DNA from: Adineta vaga
Lineage: Eukaryota > Animalia > Rotifera
Direction: 5' to 3'
Length of the DNA: 64,000 nt
Assembly: GCA_021613535.1 (NCBI GenBank)
Contig: CP075496.1
Location: 2,356,001 to 2,420,000 of the forward strand
Shown: piece by piece, positions 54,806 through 64,000 of the stretch
Layout of the letters: the number at the start of each line of letters is the position of its first letter
Position numbering within the stretch: position 1 is the first letter of the stretch
Made by a program: the position numbers and the translations under genes
The notes under the pieces: generated by a model
What the model was told of the DNA's origin: nothing
Database searches by the model: none
The model's input: only the letters and a program-made list of their open reading frames with translations

Positions 54806-56050
54806 ATGGGTAAGGATGATGATAATCTTGAATATTATAAAGCAAAACAAAATGTTGGACAAGCATCTGTAAGTAAACCAGAAACAAAAAAGTCATCGAC
54901 ATCCTCAGCAACAAAAAAGACTTCGTTACAATCAAATTCAGCCGGTTATGTTCCCATGAATGAATTACCAGCAAAAGAACGTGAATTTGAACGTTATAAA
55001 GAAATCACATTTGCACAAAAAGCAAGTGATCGAGCAAAGAAAAATCCACTTATTCCGTAAGAATATTTTTGAGTATATCAAACATTCATAATTAGTTTTA
55101 TAGGATTGGTTTATTGGGAACAGTGGCAGCATTAACATTAGGTCTACGTGCAGTCTCTCGTGGTGATCGATGGCAATCACAAATGATGATGCGGTAAATA
55201 TTAATATTAAAAAATAACATCACATCATTTCTCAATAATGTTTTTCTTGTTATTTAGTGCTCGAATTGGGTATGTTGTTGTTTTTTCTTTTCTCAATCTA
55301 CGCAATAAAAATATTTATTTTTAACCAGATGTCTAGCGTCTGATTATTTTCCATATGAGTATCAGATCTTTCTTACATGTTGAGTACATAGTTTTCTTCC
55401 TGAATCGAGTTCTTTTTATTTACTACAATATCCCTGGAATAATTTTGCCAAAACCTAATTGAATCATTTTGCATGAGAAAATAACTGAATTACATTCTTA
55501 TCTATTAACTATTATAAACAACATCTCGACTAATCATTTTTGCACATATTTTATTCTTCTCTAAAAATACGCGAAATCTTCTACACAAAACTATGAAGAA
55601 GATTTAACCTAATTTCACACGAGAGAATAAAAAAATTTTTTCTTTACATATTAAAATTTACTATTCGACCTGGATATTATGATGAATTATTCAATAGTAA
55701 AGAACAGCTTTTTTGTACTTGGAGGACAAAAATATATGAATGAATTATTCATTTTCTGAGCTATACAATGTCATAGAACTGACAATTATTAATTGATATC
55801 AAATAGTCTGAGTAAATCAATACGAAAAATATTTCTTTCAATATGTTCTCTCATATGATCATTAGGATAGAATTCCCAATTTCTTCATACATATCCAATT
55901 AGACCAAATTGAATATAAGAAGAATACTTATTTCTTTTTAGTGCTCAAGGTTTTACCATTCTTGCTGTTCTTGCATCTATTGTCTATGCTGGTCAAAGTC
56001 AAGGATCCCCAGACGACCCCTCACCACCTCGTCGATCTTCTTCTTCCTAA
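54806..56050 (+). CDS. HIG1 hypoxia-inducible domain protein (HIGD2A/Rcf1-like), 4 exons including a 12-nt micro-exon
   Basis: TFAQKASDRAKKNPLIPIGLLGTVAALTLGL..GDRWQSQMMMR-ARIG-AQGFTILAVLA. Micro-exon 55258-55269; last exon 55942-56050. Confidence 0.9.
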
Positions 56051-56567
56051 CATTTTTTTTAATCTTCTGTCATATGTAATAGATAAATATATTTTGTCTT
56101 TTTTCCTTGAAAGTTGTCCAACACATACAAGATTGATCTTTCCATTTGTTGAATATGATTTGATATCGTCATTTTTATCCAATAACGAAAGACAAAACCA
56201 TACATAAAATTGAAATTTAGAAGTGACATAAAGAAGATCTAAGTGTTGCACTGATACTGTTTGTGTAATAACAAACAAAAAAGAAAGAAAAGCTCACATA
56301 TAAAATATAACTGTACAGACGATGGCAATCACAAGAAGAATAAAAACTGATGACAACATACAAGGAGAAAATGTTCTATAGACAAATAAGTAGACAAAGG
56401 AGAATAAATAAACAATATATAGGTATATGAAATGATCTAGATTCTGCATGGATAAAATGAGAATATATATATGTATTTATCACCGGATGATAAATAAATA
56501 CGACCGGAAAGAACATGTATCGGACGGATGATGTAGATTCAAGATGTCGATTAGAATCTGATATGAG

Positions 56568-58896
56568 TCATGAGAATTCTTTGGATGTTGGTAGAGAAGT
56601 TTTCATTGACGATGGCCAAATATGATGTAATGATTGTAATCGATTTTCTATTCGATATGCGAGTTTAATTAAATAAAATGAATGAATTACTAAGAGGATT
56701 ACAAAGATTAAAATTAGAAATGATGTTTTTATTGGATAAGTTTTAAATTGATTGAATAATAGAGATAAATATTCAATGAATAGTTTGATAATAGATATAA
56801 TAGATAAAAAAATAATACGAAAATATTTTCGTAAGAAACCATTTGTGTTGGAATTCATCGGTGATAAATCATTATTTATCAGTAAATTTGATGACGATTC
56901 TAATGTAGATATTGGAGATTTTGAACGATTAGATGGTGATAAAGTTCGATCACGACTATGACTTGTTTGTCGTGTTCGAGATGATGTACGATGATATCCT
57001 ATCGGGCTATCTCCTACGATGATGAAAAAGACATGATTTTGTTTTCGAAAAATTGTTATCATAGGAAAGTAACATATGAATCCTGATAATTCACCTTATT
57101 TACTAAGTCTGTATTAATATGACATATGTTTCAATATTTCTTGTGTATAATCTTATGTTAAAAATGATTAGTCCATCATATTCATGAACAGATTGTCTAT
57201 AAATTAATACGAACATTTGTTTTATGAAGAAAACAAAATTCAATCGATACATTATTTTATGAACTGAACTCGAGTACATATTACCGAAAACATATATAGT
57301 TCACCTTCGGAACTTATATCCGGAGTAAATTTTTGGAATATTAAAAGCATTTTTTTCCCCCGATAGCATAATTAGTCTATTTGAATGAATGTTGATTTCA
57401 TCGTTAACAAAAGAAATTTAGTTTTTCAGCAAAAAAAAGAACTACTCAATTATAATCATATTTATAATGCTTCTCTACGAATGTTAACTTATGATTCGAT
57501 GACGTATAGGTTAGAAACCTTTTCCACTAGCCGAATAAGTAATCGTATGATGTAATAAAAAAATGGGAAAAAATCTTGGATTAAATTTAAGATCTTACTT
57601 GATATGGTATCAGTTTGTTTCTGTTGAGTTTTACTATGATGTGAGGATCGATTCGGTGGATTGTTTTGACATAGATTACCATTAAGATCACTAGATAAAT
57701 TGGAATCGATGGTTGAAGTTTTGAAATTTATTTTCTTTTTATCTGAATTAAAAGATTTTTTTGTTGATTGTTGTTGCAACTGATGTTTATCATCACTACT
57801 CTTTGAAGAAACGGATTGAGGTCGTCGTTTATTGATATTAATTGTTCGATCTTGTCCTAAACACATTTGTAGAACGTTATCATGTTCAGATTCATCCAAT
57901 GTTTCATAATGATTATTATGTTTCGATTTTTTTGTTGATTTTGTACTATAATTAGGATTACTATTTGATGACTTTAATGTTCCATTTTGCATTAAACGAC
58001 TGTCGTCATCATCTGCTGTTGAGCTTATTTCATTATTAAAACGTGAACAGATCGAAATGATTTTATCAAAAGCTTGATCACGTTGAAGAAATGAAGCATA
58101 GATAATCTTTTTCCCCGTAGGTTTCAATTGAATACCAATAGCTGTAGGAAAGATAAATGCTACACGTTCTTTAGTTACATTATCAATTTGTTCCCAACGA
58201 TAAACATGTTTTGTCACGTATGATATTATACGAGAATGAAAACAAAGATAGCGATCAGTTATATACATTTTACCTTGTAATAAAATATCTCCTGTAGGAA
58301 ACAATTCGATTAAACAAAGAAGAAATAATTATTGAACGATTTCTCTTACCTTGATATGCACATACATAGGAATCGATTAATTCAGGCATATCATCATCAG
58401 CTATTTCAGATTTAAATAATTTTTGAAAATGTTTTACACGTCGAGATGATTGTTCAGATGTAGTTCCATCAGATTTTTGTTGTCCACTATCACGTCTTGA
58501 TGTATCAAGTTGTTGTTGTTGTTGTTTTTGTTGACGAAGTTGTTTTGGAAGATTATTTAATTCTAAAGAATTATTATCATCAGTATATCGATCTTCTTGT
58601 TCACTTTCTAATTCACTATCAGTTGTCGTTGATGATACTGTTGTAAGCGAATTGATTTGTAGTAAAGAAGAAGAAGAAGTTTTGTCATTTGAATTTGCAA
58701 GTTTAGCACCAGTACTATCAATTGATGATGAAGATGAATTTGCGACAGTTATATTATTTCCTGGAAGTTTCGCTTGATTCGATGAACATTTTGAAAATGA
58801 ATCTTTTTTTTGTAGAACAGTTTTCGATTCATTCGTATTGGTTTCATCAAAGACATTCGATGAAATTATCATTGATACAGGTCGACTATTGGCCAT
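56568..58896 (-). CDS. GRAM-domain protein with C-terminal transmembrane segment (GRAMD2-like; no VASt domain seen)
   Basis: HFQKLFK...LIDSYVCAYQGDILLQGKMYITDRYLCFHSRI...IFPTAIGI...YASFLQRDQAF. The last exon carries the hydrophobic FLILIFVILLVIHSFYLIKLAYRIENRL. Confidence 0.9.
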
Positions 58897-61823
58897 TTCA
58901 ACGATATCTAAGAATAGAAAAAAAAGAAGAAATCATTGCATGTAGATACTCTCCTTGTTTTCATCTCTCTATATCTATGTGATTACATTCATCTCGAAAA
59001 CCTCAGGTGATCGTCAATAATATGAGAAAGAAAATAGATTGTGAGAGTCTGAAACACTAATGTAAGCTAAATATAGATTGAAGTAGAAAATTTAATGTCG
59101 AAAAAGAGAAAAGAAGTAATTAAGAAAATGGATGTGCGATGAAGGAAGAAAGAAGATTTTGCATTATTTATAGGTCGAATGTTCTTCAAGTTTTTATTCA
59201 ATCGATATTATAAAGAAAATAGAAATATATATTTTTATACGTTCTTCTCTCTTCCAATTATTCTTCGTTTTTTATTAAACGTCAGTAATATCGATTACAA
59301 GACTGTTTGTCATCATGACGACGCGTATCACCCTTTGCAACGATCATACTCTCTAAAAAAATAACGTTGAATACACAAAAATCATTGACATCAAATAACA
59401 CATACACATACACACATGCTATGTCGACATTATTTGTCATCCGTATTATGAAGGAGAACAAATGAAGAACGAAAGAAAAAAGAAAACGAGAAAGTATCTT
59501 CAAGATAATTATTCATCAGATAGGTTATGGTTAGGATTTCAATTGTTGCTCATTACAAACCCGTAAGCACCATACCACCAATCAGCGTTAAACAACCAAG
59601 TCACCCCATACTATTCTTCTTCTGTTTCTTTTCCTCCTCTGCTTTTGCTTCGACATCGACGAGTGAAAGCAACCGATAGAGAACATGCCATACTCGTTCC
59701 TTGTCTCCATGCCGTTCTTTTTACTCAGTTCTTGTTCGCGTGTTTTCTGCTTTTGAAAAATGCTTGAGTTGAGAACGATCGAGCAAGTATCGCCTCGACA
59801 AAATAATTCTTTGTGTTACAGTCGATCGATAACAAGCGAAAAAAAAAGAGTGAATAAATGAGCACCGAGCGTTAAAAGCAGAATGACATGGATGTTGTTC
59901 TTATAATCAATCTTTAGATGAACGATATTTCTAATGGATCGAAGCATGTGGGAAGAGAAGCACATAATCAAATTCAATTTGACTTCTTTCTTTCGGATAC
60001 TATTCTCATAACCGTAAAAGAGAACAGTTTTTTGTTCTCTTTCTGTTTGCGAGAATTTATCAAAGTCTACAAGTAGCAAATCTATGTCAAACTGAACTTT
60101 AATAATATAGTTAGAAAAGAATATTAATCGCTTCCGTTTTTATCAAAAAAAAAACTTGTTTTTGCATTGTGAGAAAGGATAATTGGACAATCGAAAAAAA
60201 ACGATAATTTCGGCATAGATTATCTTTTTTTCTATCTTCTCGTTCTTTTTTTCTCGAGGTAAAAATAAGATTAATCGTACTTACCGATTCAATGAATAAT
60301 GAAAAACTAAGGATGATTCGATGACGACAAAAATCGAATGATGCTATTCGATATATTTGAATGGTCGATTTTTTGTTTTTATTTGACTCATTTCCGTATT
60401 TCAATATAATGTTGTCGTTGAATTGATAGTCACTTATTATAGTTACTAAGAACAATATGAATATAACTAATATTATTATTCAATGATGAAGACATCTAGA
60501 GACAAGGACAAAACTATGTCGAGAATGAATGAATGAAATTCAAGTCAAACAAAAAAGAAAAGCGAATAGTAGATGTTGATAAATAATCTAGATTGTCAAG
60601 TTAAACATACTATTATTATGTAAATGTTCATATAGAACAGAATGAATGAAGTGAAGAGACAAAAAGAATAGATGATGATCAAATGCCAAAATTCTCATTT
60701 GTCAAAGAAATCTTAAGATTCAATACGCAATAGAATAGATGTCGTTCCATCATAGATAGAACTTTTTTTTGCTTTCTTAGAAAAAAAGAAATTTGATATT
60801 CTTTCGTTTGGTTATAATGTATCTCTTTACGAACATATATTAATAGATCATAAATTGTATGCTCGACACTAATTAATTTTCATGTGTCTTTTTTTCTTCT
60901 TCTACTCTCTATTGAATGCGAAAAAATTGAAGAAAAGTATTGTATAAGCATCATGCAAACATTTGTTTTGTTAAGTTTTGCTATGAGTACTTCTACCCGT
61001 TAAGATTTTAGTTGCTATAGACGATGTAAGATGATTGAAACGAAGAAAAAAAACTACACTCAAGTAAATATAGAATATTCAAGAGATAAATTACATTTGA
61101 AGATCAAGAATATTGACAATCAATAAATTATTCAAATACTATAGGACAATATGAAAGAGAAGATTGATAGAATTGATCTGAAAGATAATGGTATAGATCT
61201 GATCATGAAAAGTAAATTTTAAGAACTATATACTTTAAAATGATATATTTATTCTACTTGGATATCTTGTTCATTATTAGTTTCATTCGTACTTGACAAG
61301 TCTATTTTTCGAATAAAATATAATAGGTTATCCTATTTCGTTGTTAGTAGGATTTGGAAGCGAAACAAAAAGGAAAGTACATATTATGAGAATATATGAT
61401 CTTGTCTTGTAAAAATGTTTTTTGAGAATGATATATAATGAATTTATTGTCACTATGGTCATTGTGGTTGAAATGAAAAAAGATCGATAAATTACTTAAT
61501 ATATATCGAGTCTGATTGGTGAAAATAAATTGTACATGTATGATGTGTTGTAAAATATAAAATTTTGTCAACTGAACTAAAGAGAACATTTACTATTATT
61601 GTCTAGTTTATTACTAAGATAGAATATTGAACGTTATATTGTGAGTTAGCGAACTCTAACATTTGATCATGACAAGAACTACTATGATTGGTTAACAATA
61701 TCGAATATATTCTGCTCATCACTTTTTATTAGGTATGTCTAAAAAATACCTCTCTATCTTTAGATCTCTTTTCAAGCACAATAATCCAAAATCATATTTT
61801 ATAATAATTTTTTTTAAATTGAA

Positions 61824-62530
61824 ATGGTTGCTCCAACAGGATCTTCTCAAAAATCAACAACTACAAGTAAAGATGTTTTGATAGATTTTCTTGCTGGTGG
61901 AACAGGTTTGACTTTAGTCGTGAATTTTATAAAATACATCGGTTTAATTTATATTTTTGACTGTACGTATATTTGTTTATGCCTATTACGTTAGTATCGA
62001 TTTCTTCTAGGAAGCAATATCTAAAACAGCTGTCGCATCAGTCGAACGTGTCAAACTTCTTCTTCAAACTCAAGATGTCAATCAGAAAATTGCTCAAGGA
62101 CAAAAATATAATGGATATGGTGATTGTCTTGTTCGTTGTATTCGAGAAGAAGGTGTAATTTCTCTTTGGTGTGGAAATTGGGCAAATGTTATACGTTATT
62201 TTCCCACAGATCATTTTTTTAGCAAACATTAAACTGTGGTATGGCAGGTGCAACAGGTCTCCTATTTGTCTATCCATTTGATTGTGCTCGAACACGTCTT
62301 GGCTTTGATATTGGCAAATTTGTTCAAGAACGACAATTCAAAGAAATGAATGATTGTATTATTCAAATCTATAAAGTTGATGACATCCAAGATTATTTCA
62401 TTCGTTCTCCTTATTGAATAATGAAAATTTTCAAAAAAGTTGGATGTTTTCGATCTTTATCATGGTTTTCCTGTTGGTGTCGCAGGTATATTTGTTTATC
62501 GAGCATTCTATTTGGTTGGCTATGATACTG
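61824..62530 (+). pseudogene. Degraded mitochondrial ADP/ATP carrier (ANT/SLC25A4-6 family)
   Basis: [70 protein letters not shown]. The QALNFAFKD segment is deleted, with frameshifts and stops near 62215-62235 and 62380-62455. The conserved carrier-motif Pro is lost and no third carrier repeat follows. Confidence 0.85.
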
Positions 62531-62900
62531 GTAAGATCGTTTCAATGAAATCTATCAAATATATATCGTAGTGTTGGTTCATCACTTGTTCTTTATGATG
62601 AATTCAAACGATGGTTAGTCTTAGCTAATCAATCATCTCGTGCAAAATAATTTCGAATTTATTCTCAAAACAAATTTATATTCAATGTTATATTACTTGC
62701 ATTTTTCTTCTCTTAGTAAATTAAACGATCTGATCATTCCATTGGTTTCTTTTCTTATCTGTTCTTTTCTCTTTTACTTTTAATAATAGTGAATTCATAT
62801 CTATAAAAATATTCTCTTTTATTCAATTCAAACATACATTCCTCTCGTATCATGAGACATAACTATTTCTTTTCTTTTCTTTTCTTTTCCTTTTTTACAG

Positions 62901-63134
62901 ATGACGACTTCAAATCAACAACTAGTTGATCTGGATTGGAAATTTGCAATTAATGTAGCTAGCAGCGAAACTGAGGGTAACACTGGTGCTGCTCGACTTT
63001 ATTTAAAACTAACAACAATGTCGAATAATGGCACGAATCGTACTGATATTCCTCTAAGTGTCACCTTAGAACAATTCTATGCACTTGTCCATCAACTTGA
63101 AAAAGCCAAACTGGAAATGGATGTTTATGCTTAA
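62901..63134 (+). CDS. COMM-domain-only protein (COMMD6/COMMD7-like)
   Basis: QLVDLDWKFAINVASSE...LYLKL...VTLEQFYALVHQLEKAK is a complete COMM domain. A strong acceptor (ttttttacag) sits directly before the ATG. Confidence 0.85.
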   Translation: MTTSNQQLVDLDWKFAINVASSETEGNTGAARLYLKLTTMSNNGTNRTDIPLSVTLEQFYALVHQLEKAKLEMDVYA

Positions 63135-63404
63135 GAGAAAACAATTCGTTCTTTTTTTTTGACCTTTTTTCTTTTTATCTATTTATTTTTTTCCAACGAG
63201 CATCGTGTTTGTGTTTTTTTTCTTACAATTGCATCACATAAGAGAGACAGAAAGAAAAACGAAAAAGAACCAAAGGAACAAGAAAGAAAAACGTGAACTG
63301 ATAAACAAAGACAGAGAAAAGAAGAAGAAGACGATGATGATGATGAAATAATGTCTCACTGTGCTGAGCTAAGTTTTCTTTTGAAAATAGATATGAAACA
63401 ATGA

Positions 63405-64000
63405 CTAAGCACGTCCTCGTTGTACAAAATCATTTAATTTCGTACAAGATGGTGTACCTTGGCTTTGCGCTTGACGATAGAGTCCATTATCATTCATCAT
63501 TCGAGCACGCCACATCATTGATTCTTTATATTGTTGTTCACGATAACACTGATGCCGTAGATCAGATGTATATTCGTCTATGACTGATGATTCAAATTTA
63601 TCTATTTCAGCATTAGTTTTTGATGGACGAAAATCAGCTTTGACATAATATTCAACATTGGATAAACGAGTAAAACGTTGTTGAGTGTACTTTCTATAAA
63701 AATATATATGGAATAATTGATTCAAAGTTTAAAAAGTGATAAGATTTATACCCAGTACGGTGCAACTGAAATTGAGGTTCACTCACTAAAAATGTACCGA
63801 TAATTGAAATAAGAAATAGAAATAAATAAGGCAGTAATTGCGCAAGTGTGTGAGTTGTCTAAAGGAAAGAAAACAAATGAAAATAAAAATCAATGAAATT
63901 AACAAACATTTTGTGTTTGATTTTGTGTTGAATGAGTTGTGTAATGAAAGGGACTCTGTTGTTGACGACGTCGATAGGTACGATTTGATGGTCCTAAAAT
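63405..64000 (-). CDS. 3' exons of ER-membrane co-chaperone DNAJB12/DNAJB14 (TM + DUF1977), truncated by the window edge
   Basis: LAQLLPYLFLFLISIIGTFLVSEPQFQL..KYTQQRFT..VEYYVKADF...ESSVIDEYTSDLRHQCYREQQYKESMMWRARMMND...TPSCTKL. Confidence 0.9.

Noticed and set aside
55679-55759. ATGATGA...CTGA pair resembling a C/D snoRNA in the HIG1 intron
   Set aside because: No convincing terminal stem, no C'/D' boxes, and no recognisable rRNA/snRNA antisense element.
55168-56336. 15-nt sequence cgatggcaatcacaa occurring in HIG1 exon 2 and again downstream of the gene
   Set aside because: A single short direct match with no element structure between the copies; compatible with chance.
59560-59800. Relatively GC-rich island with a CCAAT box and short minus-strand ORFs
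   Set aside because: No sustained ORF or RNA-gene signature; most likely promoter/5' UTR of the GRAM gene, but not demonstrable.
59816-61589. Short hydrophobic ORFs in the AT-rich intergenic stretch
   Set aside because: F/I/L/K-rich composition typical of non-coding AT-rich DNA, with no splice-consistent gene model or motif.

Overview
AT-rich, gene-dense eukaryotic (metazoan) DNA with many ~50-65 nt GT-AG introns and a few much longer ones. Composition, intron size and the mix of core animal genes with a bacterial-type hydrolase suggest a bdelloid rotifer (inference). Gene order: unknown ORF running off the left edge (-); intron-containing SGNH/GDSL hydrolase (+, one frameshift); TDG (-) with two candidate alternative 3' ends; HUWE1 (+, ~16 kb, hosting an intronic H/ACA snoRNA and carrying one frame break); MSH6 (+); RAB7 (+); FUT8/GT23-like fucosyltransferase (-, one frameshift); PR-less Blimp-1/PRDM1-like zinc finger (-); J-domain protein (-); MCM7 (+); VPS36 (+); NUMB (-); TASOR/TEX15-type DUF3715 pseudo-PARP protein with a Q/A/Y-rich tail (+); HIG1-domain protein (+); GRAM-domain protein (-); decayed ADP/ATP carrier (+); COMM-domain-only protein (+); 3' end of DNAJB12/14 (-). 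The best leads are (1) the mini-TASOR gene with its structured, Rbfox-motif-rich introns and candidate poison exon, (2) the SNORA16-like snoRNA whose second hairpin has long complementarity to 18S helix 34, (3) a candidate Rbfox-controlled myristoylation exon in NUMB, and (4) the horizontally acquired SGNH hydrolase. All family assignments come from manual translation and recalled motifs; no database search was run.
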